Part shown: positions 11,906 through 23,459 of the stretch, piece after piece
Numbering within the stretch: position 1 is the stretch's first letter
Layout: the number at the start of each line of letters is the position of its first letter
The notes under the pieces: model-generated
What the model was told of the DNA's origin: nothing
Database searches by the model: none
What the model saw: the letters and a program-made list of their open reading frames with translations, nothing else
Made by a program: the position numbers and the translations under genes
Source of the DNA: Guillardia theta CCMP2712
Lineage: Eukaryota; Protista; Cryptophyta
Length of the DNA stretch: 64,000 bases
Assembly: GCF_000315625.1 (NCBI RefSeq)
Contig: NW_005434641.1
Location: 449,113-513,112, forward strand
Direction of reading: 5' to 3'

Positions 11906-12444
11906 CCGGAAGGATCGTAGCGGAGGAGCGGGAGCATGGCGGACGGAGAGGGATGGGGAGAAGGATGTGTCTTGTCATATCTAACTGCGATGCTTCGACC
12001 ACACTGCTCTTGTTGCTTGTACTCGCTGACCCTCCTGTGCTGCCTCCTCTCTTTGATTATCCAGTTTTGATGGGGGTTTACGGGATCGCCTTACTAACGC
12101 CCCCCTTTGACCTCATTGCCTTCAGTGTAGCGTGCGATCTCATCCTGAAAGAACACATGCTGCGATCCTCGCAATGTTCTCAACCATGCATCTCTAACTT
12201 GCGCGCTTTCATCTTGCTTTTGTTCTGATCTTGTCGCATGCAATGTCACCCACGAGCAACCCTTTCTGCCTGTGCAGCGAGTTTGTTCACCAACACGTTC
12301 ATACCGACGATGATTCCGACGACGATGATGTCGTTCATGTGAATATTGATGATGCTGAGGGGAGGGAGGGGCGAAGGAAGGAAGCATTGCAGCTATCCCC
12401 GCGCATGCTTGCGCCCTATCAAGACTTGCGACGCAGAGACGAAC

Positions 12445-13733
12445 ATGGCCACCGAGAGCGATGCACCAGGAGCAGTGACGAAGAGTGGAGCAAAGGTAGG
12501 GATGGAACAGCTCTCGTGCTCTTATAACGTCCGCACGCCCTTGCAGAATGCCAAGAGTGACGCGCAGAAGTTCTACAAGAAGCGACCAGACCCTGAGGGG
12601 TTGAAGGTGCGGCGTGCGGTGACGTCTGGTGCCAGCTGAGGTCTCCGCTGCCGCAGCTCATTGAAGAGGGCGATGCCGCCATGAAGGAGAATGACTTCGC
12701 TAAGGCCAAGGCTCTCTACGACAAGGCAAGGAGCTGAGTGGGGTAAGAGGGGACGGCTCTCAACGGTTATGGCAGGCCACAGAGATCTGCAAGGCTTCTT
12801 CGGTGCAGGCAAGCAGCTGGACAGGACACACCTATACAGAGCTAAGAGAGTGTCGTGTCGCTAGGCCGAGAAGCCCAAGAAGGAGCCGAAGCCCGCGGCC
12901 GCGGAGAAGACAGAGGAGCCCGAGAAAGTTGTAACAGCCGACTGATGGACTCGAACCCTGACCGCTGCTGTGATGAGCAGACGGGAGCCAACGCCTCTCG
13001 CACGCTCCTCTTGTCAGATCCCAAGACGAACTTGCAGGTTCTTTCTTCTCGCTCCTTCGCACCTCCTGCTCATTTCGCTCGTCTTGATGAGCTCCCACAT
13101 CGCCCTACCCTTTGCTATCTCTTCAGCACCTGTGTCTCACTATTTGCGTGCCCTCCACATGCCTTCCTCTGTCTTGTTCTCTCCTCTTCTTTCATATTCC
13201 TCCCTCGATCCGTTCTGTACGCAGCACTTTGTTGGTTTTCATTTTTCCTACAGGCAAAGCCGATGAGGGATGGAGTACCCGAGGAGAAGAACTACGCTCG
13301 CAACTCACAGCAAGTTCTTGATGAGCACCTCAAGGTTGCCTCTTCTCCTCTCCTCTCCTGCTTGTGTTCTCTTCTTTTTCAAGCTTTTCTTTTCCTTTTC
13401 TCCTTTCCTGCTGCCTCGCCTTTCACCTCTTTTGCTTCTTCTTGTCCCTTATCTCGCTCCCTACATCTTCTCTTTCTCCTTTTCTCATCCATTTCCTCAC
13501 ACTTGGGCTCCTTCTGCAGACCACAGGAGGGAAGTACCTCACCCGCTTTCCCCCTGAGCCCAACGGATACCTTCACATCGGTCACGCCAAGGTGATGAGA
13601 GAGTCTTGTTCTCTTTACGTGCGAGGCTGGTGCAAGATGTTGATATGCTCCTCAGGCGATGAACTTTAACTTTGGGCAAGCCAAGATCGCCAAGGGCATG
13701 GTTGCTCCTACTCCCACTCCTGCTCCCGCTCCC

Positions 13734-13768
<35 letters not shown>

Positions 13769-16700
13769 CGCTCCTGCTCCTGCTCCTGCTCCTGCTTCCG
13801 CTGTTCGACCTGCTCTTTGTCCTCCTCCTGATATTTCTATCTGCGTCTTCTTTTTGCTCTCATCACAAAGTTGTTCTCATGGTTGTTTGCCAATTGACTC
13901 ATCGTTGAAGGGGATCGGAGGCGAGACGATCATGCGGTTCGACGACACGAATCCGGAGGCGGAGAAGCAGGTGAAGGGATGAGAGGAGAGAGGAGGAAGA
14001 GAAGGGAGAGAAGGGAGGGAGGTGGAGAATAGTAACAGAGATAGAAGTAGAATAACAGGGGGAAAAGATGGTAGCAATAGGGGAATTCTAGACAAGCAAG
14101 AAGTCAACACGGAAGGAGGAGGAAGTATGCGCATTTTGTGCTGACGAAAAGGATGCCTTGGTCTAGGAATACATTGACTCCATTCTTGCCAACGTCAAAT
14201 GGCTCGGAAATAATCCAATCAAAGTTACTTATTCCTCTGGTAGGTTGTCGGCTTTAGAGCACTCGACCCTCCCTCCTACTCTTCCTGTGTCTTTCCTCCT
14301 GCCCCTTCCCCCTATCCCGTCCCATCCTTCGCAGTTCCTTGGCCCTCAGCCGCGATCTGTGCTGACTGTTGTCTCAGATTATTTCGACGAGCTCTACCAG
14401 TTCGCTCTCCAGCTGATCCGTCAAGGTGATACAGGATGTCTTAGATGTCGCCGACCGTCCTCGTCCTCGTCCTCTGCAACCTCTATCTCCATCTTCTCCT
14501 CATCCTTCCTCTCCTTCCCCTTGATGTCTGTTGTCGCTGTAGGGGATGCATATGTCTGCCATCAGACCAAGGATGAGATCAAGGCGAGCAGAGACATCAT
14601 CCGACAGGTAGTACCCCCTCCTCTCCATTCACTTGCTCGCTCCTTCGAATCCTCTCACTCCTCTCTGCCCCGTTCCATCCTCCCTGTCCTCCTGCTCCTC
14701 TCCTCCCCATCCTCCTGCTTCCTCCTCCCCGTTCTCTCTGGGCTGCCATCCTCGTCTCATCTCTCCTTCCTGCAGGCGCACATCGATCACCTCAAAGAGA
14801 TGCCGGCTGGCGCCTACAGGTGAGCAGGCCCGGCGTTGCCTCCCATGAGAACTTTCATTGCCCCTGCTGCGAGAGGACCCTGAGGTCATCGCAGTCCCTG
14901 GCGAGAGACGGGAATGGAGGAGAACCTTGCCAAGTTTGAAAAGATGCGGACCGGACAATACGAGGAGGGCAAAGTATATCTACTCCGTCCTCCCTCCTCC
15001 TTCCTTGTCCTCGTCCTTTCATTCTTCCCTTCCTTCCCCGTGGAAACCTTCGCCTGACCCTAGTGTTTCTCCCTTGTTACCTTATCTGCTTCTTGCTTGC
15101 ACCAATCTCCTCAACGGGTTATGATTTCTAGGCGATGCTTCGTATGAAAGGAGACCTCTGGAGCGACAACCCAGCCATGTGGGATACTGTCTTCTATCGG
15201 TGAGAATGGAGGAGAAGATGAAAGAAGTGGAGGAGAAGTGAAGCATGAAAAGCAGAGGAGGCGAGTAGTCGCCGTGCAAGAGCAGATGGAATGAAGGAGG
15301 AGTGAGGAGGGATTCATTGGCCGGGGGGGAGAGGGAGAGAATAAAAGGGAGCAATTAACTTGGGACGAGGAACTGACTTTGGAAGACAGCATCAAGTTTT
15401 CTCCTCATCCCAAGGCTGGTGATCGAGTAATACAGGAGGAGGAGGAGGAGGAGGAGGAGTGACTTTGAGGAAGTGGTGTATCTACCCGACGTACGATTAC
15501 ACTCACTGCATCGTCGACTCGCTGGAGAACATTTCTCACTCTCTTTGCACACTCGAGTTTGAGACCAGACAGGTACCTATCTCCTCCTGTTCCTCTCCCT
15601 CCTCCTCCTCAACTCCATCCCTTGTCCTCCTAATTCACGAATTCCCTTCCCTTTTCATTGTTCGTTCACCTCGTTCTGCATCTTATCCTCGTCATCTTCG
15701 TTTCATGTTGTGACGGCCCGATAGGCTGCCGACGGCCCGTACTACTGGCTGCTGCACAAGCTTGGAATCTACAAGGTGAAGGAGGAAGAATGGGAGAAAG
15801 AGAGGGAGAGACGGGCAGGAAACAAGCAGAGGAGGAGGATTCGAGCAGTTGTCAACTTTGACATGTCTTTGTTTATCAGCCCGTCACCTGGGAGTACTCT
15901 CGCTGCAACATCACTCACAATGTTCTCTCAAAGAGAAAGCTCAATGCTCTGGTTGCCCTATCTCCTTCCCCCTCCCCCCTTGTTCTTCATCCCTGCTTGC
16001 TTCTTCTCCTTATCCTGCCCCGCTGACTGTTCTCGCATCTTTATTCGCATCCTTCCTTTTCATCTCATCTTTCCTTCATCTTTCTCGCTTCACTTGTCCT
16101 TATTCCTTCACAGGTCACCAAGAAGATCGTCAGCGGCTGGGATGATCCTCGTTTGCTGACCCTAGATGGGTTGAGGAGGAGGTCGTAGCCCCTCCCTCTT
16201 CTCCGTCCCTCTTCTCCGTCCCTCTTCTCCCTCCCTCCCTCCCTCCCTCCCTCCCTCTCTCCCTCCCTCCCTCATGCACTCCTTCGTTTCGCATCTTCTT
16301 CGCCCGTACCGATTCTCTCCTCACGCTCTTCTCCATCAGAGGATACAGCCCAAGCTCCATCAATGCCTTCTGCGAGCAGATCGGAGTCACGAGATCAGGA
16401 ACCATCACCACTCAGGTCCTGCTCATCATCATGGATGTCTTCATTCTTCTCTGCATCATCCTCCTCTGCTACACCCTGTTCCCTCAACTCTCTACCTCCT
16501 CGTTGTTATCCTGCTCTTCTTTTTCTTCTCCTGCGTTCTCGTTCACACTGGCCTGTTGATAGATGCATGTGCTGGAGAATTGCATCCGAACAGAGTTGGA
16601 CCTCTCGGCAAGGAGAGTGTTTGCCGTCGTGCGCCCTCTGAAGGTTATCATCATCATCATCACCACCACCACCACCATCTCCACGATATTCATCATCATC

Positions 16701-16769
16701 ATCACCACCAACACCACCACCATCTCCACGATATTCGTCGTCGTCATGTCGTCGTCGTCGTCGTCGTCG

Positions 16770-16822
<53 letters not shown>

Positions 16823-18688
16823 GTGGTGGTCATCCGTCTTTTCTCAAATGTTAACGATTTCCTTTTTCAGGTTGAGATCACCAACATGACACAGGAGGAG
16901 AAGCTGAAAGTACCAAATCATCCCAAGGTGCCACTCGCTCCCATCTCCCCTCTCCTCCATCCTCCCTCCCCGCTCCTCACTCCTCACTCTTCCATCAGCA
17001 TCTTCCTCGTATCGTGCTGTCGCTTTTCGTCGCCTCCCTGCCTTCACCTTGTGCATCAGGATCCGTCAATGGGGGAACGCGAGATTCTCTTCTCACGCAC
17101 CATCTTCATCGAGCGCGATGACTTCCGCCTGCAAGACGATCCCCAGTACTTCGGTCTCGCTCCTAACAAGGATGTTGGTCTGTTGGGAACAGGTGCGGAG
17201 GAGGGAAAAGGAGGAGGAGGTAGAGGGGTGAAGGGGAGGAGGGAAGGAGGGAGAAAGAAGATAAGGGAGGGTGAGAAGAAAGGAGGGAGGAGGGTGTAGG
17301 AGCAGGGGACGAGATGGAGCATACAAGATGGCGATCTCACTAGGGGGGGCAGGAGTTGTGCTCACGTGCACGGAAGTGGTCAAGGACAGCAAGGTAAGAG
17401 GAGCTGTGCAAGGGAAGGAGAGGAAGCGGTGGGGGATGGGAGGGAGAAACAGAGAGGAAGGAGGAACGATTAGGAGAAGAGGTTTGGAAGAAAGAGAGGG
17501 AGGACAAGGACGAGGACGAGGAGGACGAGGGAGCGGTGGTGGTGGCGGTGGACGGAAGTGGGAGGGATGGCTGAGGGTTTCCGCTAGGGGAACGTCGAGA
17601 AGCTGAAGGCAACTGTACGCCCTCGTGGAGACGCCAAGCCAAAGGGAAACATCCATTGGGTGTCGGAAGGTCAGGAGGAGATGCAGGAGGACTGAGATGA
17701 GGGGATAGGATGACGAGGAGGTTTGTGGAGAGGTTGACTTGATCTGCTACAGGAGCTGCAGTCAAGGCTGAGCTTCGCTTGTACAGCAACTTGTTCACCG
17801 TCGAGAATCCAAACGTCACTCCTGCAAAATGTTGATCTCCTTTCCCCCCTCCCCCTCTCCCTTCTCTTCACCTCCCTTTGCTCTTCCGTTTCCTTCCCTT
17901 ATCACTATGTCTCGCCTCCTGCCTTGCGGCGTCGTGGTCCTCCTACTCCTTCCTGTCCTTGTTGTCATCTGCTTCTTCCCTCGTTGCCCCCCCATCATCT
18001 TTTCGCCTCCTTCCTCCTCGTACGCTCTCTTGCTTCCTCTTTAACTTTATCGTGCAGCTGCTGCAGCGGCTGAGGAGCCCGTCAAGGTTTTGACCCCCAC
18101 TGCGCTTCCCTCTCTCCCTCCCTCACCATCGCTGCAGGGAGACGAAGATGTGGAGGACGACGAGGAGGTAGCGGGAGGAGCTGGCTCCTGGCTGGACTAC
18201 ATCAACCAGGGTGAGAGGAGAAGTCACTTCGCTGCTGCTGCTCCCTCACCATGCCTGTCAGACTCTCTCAAGGTGGAGAAAGATGCTCTGGTGGAGCCGT
18301 CGCTCCTTGCCTTCGCCTCTCAGCCAGGTGAGAAGAAGGAACAGAGGACAGGGGAGAGCGGGACAGGGGAGGAAAGGAGGGAGATGAATGGAAAGATTAG
18401 CAGGAACAGGAGAGCAGAGCAGAAGAGCAGAGCAGAGCAGAGCAGAGCAGAGCAGATGAAAGAGCGTTGAGAAGGGAGTACGACGTCGAGCAGAGAAGGA
18501 ACGAGCGGGAGGAGGTTGACGCATGTGCAGGCACCTCCTTCCAGTTCCAGCGCGTCGGTTTCTTCGCTGTCGACCTGGACAGCAGCTCGAGCAAGGTTCT
18601 GACCTCCCCATTATCCAGCCCAGCTGACTTGTCACAGCTCGTGTTCAACCGTGTGGTTCCTTTGACTGGCCCAAGAGCTATCGTGTAA
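12445..18688 (+). CDS. QARS1: Glutaminyl-tRNA synthetase, about 30 short exons
   Basis: Spliced exons give [106 protein letters not shown] and FQFQRVGFF. Upstream exons (11892-12435) are unresolved. Confidence 0.96.
13705..13800 (+). repeat. (CTCCTG)n intronic hexanucleotide repeat
   Basis: Seen directly inside a GlnRS intron; a similar tract lies at about 34465-34500. Confidence 0.9.
16645..16830 (+). repeat. Compound (CAT/CAC/CGT)n intronic microsatellite
   Basis: Seen directly; it lies between the AVVRPLK and VEITNM exons of GlnRS. Confidence 0.9.
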
Positions 18689-18910
18689 GGCGGAGGGAAC
18701 CGCTACCATAGGGGAACAAGTGGAGGAAAGGGAAAGGCAGGAGCGGGAGCAGGAGCGAGAGCGGGAGGGTTGAAAGACTTGCTGTTAATACTCTCGAACT
18801 TTATCTCCACTTGCGCGTTACACAAGGGGCTGCAGATTAAGGAAAATGACTAGTTTGACAAGACAGCTGGCCGGCTGGTGGAGAGGGAGGGGTGGGAGGA
18901 GGGGGACGTT

Positions 18911-20790
18911 CTCAGCTCTTCATGATGGTAGAGAAGATGATGTCGTGCATGAACTTGGCCCTCTCGCGCTACATGGCATGACGTTAGAGACCGACTGACA
19001 GGGCAGGTAGTAGGAAGACAGAAGAGCAGGCAGCGGCAGAGGCAGCGGCGGCAGAGGCAGCGCGGAGATGAGGAAGTAGTGGACAGGAAGCATATTGGGG
19101 GGAGGCGTTTGAGCACCTTTCTCCTTGTCGCCTCAGTGTCTGCTGGTTTTTCTCCCTGAGCACGGCTGTGGAGGGGTGAGGAGGAGCAGGGGACAGCATA
19201 AGGCACTAGTTACCTCTTCTTCTCCTCCTCCTTCCCCTCCCTCGCACGTAAGATGATCTCCTTCAGCGCAGAAGCCTAAAAGGTATCATCACAAACCGTT
19301 TCGTCCTCCTCCCTCTCCCTCGACCTCTCCGTCTCTCTCTCTCTCTTATCCTCTTCCTCCCTCTCCCCCTGCTTGTCCTTTCATTTGCTTCTCCCTCCTC
19401 TCCCTCAAAAGCGCCTCGCTTTCTTCTGAGTTACATCCTCTCCCACCTGGTAAGAGCCTCCATACTTGTCCTTGGAAAACATCTTCGACCCTACGTTTTC
19501 ATCAGGGTGAGGGAAGCAGGAGGGGGAAGGAGAGGGAGAGCGGGGTAAGGAAGGAAGGACGAAAAAAGCATGGGCGGGAAGGAGGGAACGGGAAAGAGTA
19601 TGGAGGAGGAGGAGAAGGGAGACCACTGGAGGAGGCGAGGGGCTCAATAGTCAACGAGGTGTTGCTCCTGTACTCGTTGACGAGGCTGGACAGAGAGTCG
19701 GACATGGAGCTTCTCGTACTTGTCTGCTGCCTCCGATCAGCACAGTAGCGGCCACGGGAGAGGGAGAGAGAGGGAGGGAGAGGGAGAGCGAGCGAGCGAG
19801 CGAGCGAGCGAGAGACAGAGACAGAGAGACAGAGACGGAAACAGAGACAGAGAGCACGAGGGAGGGGGAGGGGGGGGGTTATGCACACATGGGGAGGAGC
19901 GCGAGGGGGAGTACGACAGAGAGCATGAGGTTTGCGGGGAGGGGAGGAGCTGTAAACGGAGAGGAGCAGGAACATGGACGCACCGACACTGAATTCCTCT
20001 TTCCGGTCCTGAAGATCAGCAGGGGACGATCCATTTGACCGTCGGGAGATCCGTAGGAGTTGTTCGAGTAGCGACCTGAGGTGGCGAACGGTCAGGACAA
20101 GGACGATGAGGGAGGAGAACGAGGAGGTGGTGTTGGTGGATAAGGAGGTGGTGGCGGTGGCGGTAGAGAAAGAAGAGGACGAGGACGAGGACGAGGACGA
20201 TGCGGAGGAGGACAAGGACGAGGACAAGAACAAGGACAAGGACGAGGAAGGAGCAGCAGCAACGGCAACAGCAGCAGAACATCACTCGAGCACTCACCAG
20301 GAGAATTATCTTCACAGCGATTATTTCTGTGAGACCTGGATGGAGGCGATTCACAAACAGAGGAACAGAGTCTAACAAGACCTGGATGTGTCCGAGCTCA
20401 GAGCTTGAAGTTGTGAATATGCTGGAAAACGCTCGTGAGTGAAACCAAAGGCTGCGGATGAGAACAATGAGGGAGGAGGGGATGAGGGAAAAGGCACTCT
20501 TCTTCATGGCTGGTCAAGGAAGTGAATGTCTGGGGCATATGGCCGACGTTTACCATCACATGATTCTTCATTCGATCGCTCCATGCCTGGGCAAAGCGAT
20601 TGGATCAGGGAATGCTCTTGGATAGAAACCGTTCTCAGAAAGAAATCCACACAGACTCTAACCCATGGACAAATTTGCGATAACAGGTATTTGAACGTCT
20701 GGAATGAAACACTAGCAAGGAATACAGAACTCTTGCGTGCGAGCGAAGGTGAGTAAAGGACATGAACAAAACTTCGACCAGTGCAAGGAA
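18911..20790 (-). CDS. Hypothetical Ser-rich multi-exon protein; start uncertain
   Basis: About eight exons splice in phase: ...YSQLQALSSDTSR|SHRNNRCEDNSPG|RYSNNSYGSP...|TSTRSSMSDSL...|GSKMFSKDKYGGSYQ|ASALKEIILRAREG...|RERAKFMHDIIFSTIMKS*. Confidence 0.6.
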
Positions 20791-21079
20791 ATAAGATCCC
20801 ATGAGGATGCAGATACGTGTCGGATGAGGAACAACAGATAGAACTAAAGAAGAGACAAGGAGATGTGAAGGGATGAAATCTGAGGCGCTAGGAACAAATA
20901 GAGTTGAGAGAAACAAGAGAAACTGGAAAGGTGTTAGTTCCATGAGAAGGAAAGTGAGTTGGAGGATGGAGAGCAGCAGCATCAGCAGGGACGAGAAGAA
21001 CATGAAGATCAAAAGTGACATGGCAAGCATGATCTCATTGCACGCGGCTCCATGCAACAGGTATGGTGGTCGCCCGGTC

Positions 21080-22030
21080 CTTAGAGAGGAGGGGGGTTTT
21101 GGGGGGTGGGGGTGTTGAGGTGTACCGGTAGTTTACAATGATTTAGATATGGAATTATAGGGTGGGGTGCACCGATTGAGACCAAAGGGTAAGTACCGGT
21201 GGTCTGATATTCCCAGCAGGGGGTAGTAGAAATTGGGGTAAGTGTATGGGGGTCATGGGGTACTCAAAAGGCCTCAGAGGGGTGGGTTGGAAGTTGCAGG
21301 TGGGGGGTACTGCTAAGCGACAGGTTCTTTGGGGTCCCGTCTTGAGTTGATCGAGGGAATAGGAGGGGTTAAGAGTGGGGAAATGGGGGGTGAGGGTCCA
21401 GGGCGGAGAATATGGGAACCTATCAGGTAGGGTAGGGTCATGGTGTTAGGTGAAGTTTAAGCTGGGGTGGGTATATCCATGTACCCACAACATTCTCTGA
21501 ATTGTTCCCTTGAAGTAGGAGGTAGGGTCATGTACCCTACCCGTTTTCTGGTTCAGGGCCGGCACAGGACGCGGGGGGCTAGTAGCAGGCTCCGGCGACC
21601 GCACGGCCCGGTAACCGTTGAACTGCCCGGCGGCCCCCCGCCGGTACGAGTCCCGGCGACTCAGTCGCGGCGGCCGGGCGGCGGCGCCTTGCCCTCGTCG
21701 TCGGACTCCTCCACGCCGCCAGCGGGTCACCGGCCCCCCTTGCCGCGGGGCGTCCTATCCTAGTACCAGAGAATAGTAGTTTGAACCGTTCGGAAGGCCG
21801 GGCGCGGCTGGCACGGTACTGATCACAGTCATGGCCGTGACTTAAGTTTTAGTTTCAAGAGGATTAGTAAGCCTGGTTGGTTCTCAGGCTGGCATTTCTC
21901 TCAGAGTCTCGCCGTGCAGCCTTGTATCAGAGTCAGCCTGCCGGGGTGCCGCCCCGGCTGCCGGGCCGACTGAGTTCTCCCGACGGTCGGACGGTCCACC
22001 GTTACTGATTTTTGACTTTTAAAAACGGCC
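21080..22030. promoter_or_regulatory. Divergent intergenic region: GGGTA/GTAC block followed by a CCGG palindrome block
   Basis: G-run/GTAC-rich segment at 21080-21560, then a GC-rich palindromic segment at 21560-22020, between head-to-head genes. Confidence 0.5.
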
Positions 22031-22133
22031 TTTGAGTCAACTTTTAGATTTCAAGGTTGACATTTTTTTTCCTGGTGAAGTTTCGTTGACCACTGCTGTC
22101 ACTGCGATCCGACATGGTGGTGTGAGGTCCGGG

Positions 22134-23448
22134 ATGGGCTGGACGGAGCTGCACGGGGCTGCCGGCGATGGCGACGCGGAAGAGGTGAAGAGGCTGCTCA
22201 CTAGTGGGCTGGACGTGCACGAGGTGGACAATGGAGGGCTGACAGCGCTACACGTCGCTGCTGAAGAAGGATATGTGGAGGCAGCAAGGCTGTTGTGCTC
22301 GCACGGTGCAGACCCCTGCGCAGCGTCAAAGATAGGGCAAGAGACGTGTCTTCACTTTGCGGCTAGCGAAGGGCATCTTCAGTGCGTTGAAGTGCTTGCA
22401 AGTCATATGGACAATGTGAATCAGGAATCATGTGAAGGGCTGACTGCGCTGCATGAAGCTGCAAGGCATGATTTCTCCTCTTCGCCGGTTTGCTCCAGCA
22501 ACAGGCGTCTGAGAGCCATCGCAGGAACGGGTACAAGGACGTCGTCTTGCTCCTCATCGAGAAGAGTGCGAAGGTGAACAAGCAGAGCCACACCGGAAGC
22601 ACCCCTCTACATCTTGGTGCGATCCCACGGGAGGTGCGTGTGTTCCGCTGACTCCAAGCTCTGTAGCCGTCGAGAATGCTCAGCTGGAAGTAGTATCGAT
22701 CCTCGTTGCTGCGGGGGCAGACATGAATATACGGGACAGGTATGGCAGAACGAAGGAGGAGACGTATGGTGAGTTAGCGAGTTATCGTCCTGCAGGGACC
22801 TCAACACGGCGGCGGATCTGGCGAATACGGAGGAAGTGATGAGAGCCCTGGGAAGCTGGAAGCCAAAGCTGATCATGGCATCGATTCCTTTCCTCTCGAT
22901 TGTACTCATGACGTTTTACTCTCCTCAGAAACTCCTGGTGGACTTCGTCTCGAGGCTGAAAAACAGAATAGCGAAAGAGACTGGGATGCCTTTGAACGGA
23001 GCCACGAAGATCGTGGGTAACTCTCGCTTCAAGAAGCTCTTCTGCCTTGAAGAATTCATGTCCGTGATGGGGCTCACTTCCTAGAGCACTAATCATTGCG
23101 CAGAACCTTCCTTGACATCTCCAAATTCAGAGATAAGTCATTGACGGACATCAGCAAGGCTGACGTTGAAGATCGCAGCTGGAGGATCAGGCTCTACGAG
23201 GAAGAATGGAACTGGTCCTTGCTCTATGCTCGTCCTCGCCTGATCCTTCCTGACTTTTTTCTCAGTGCCCAAATCCTGACAGACGATCTCGGAGATTCTA
23301 CCTCCGGTCAGCTTGGAGGCCTTCGCGGGTCCATGGGGAGGAGGTAAGAGATCTCTTCAACTTTCAACATCAGACCTCATGACAGTGGAGCAGGTTTGTG
23401 ATGCGAGTCGCCAGCGAGCTGGAGGGAGACGGAGAGAACCCAACTTAG
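22134..23448 (+). CDS. Ankyrin-repeat protein (about 5 repeats plus a C-terminal extension)
   Basis: GWTELHGAA, GLTALHVAA, ETCLHFAA, GLTALHEAA and GSTPLHLAV repeats across spliced exons; intron 22466-22524 is GC-AG. Confidence 0.9.
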
Positions 23449-23459
23449 CTTGAATACAC

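Noticed and set aside
16274-17299. 341-aa ORF and other long poly-His/Ser/Ile/Gln/Cys ORFs (also 33127-33624, 34947-35564, 36817-37329, 43449-44486)
   Set aside because: They are read-through of trinucleotide microsatellite introns that lack stop codons; the real exons are the short embedded segments.
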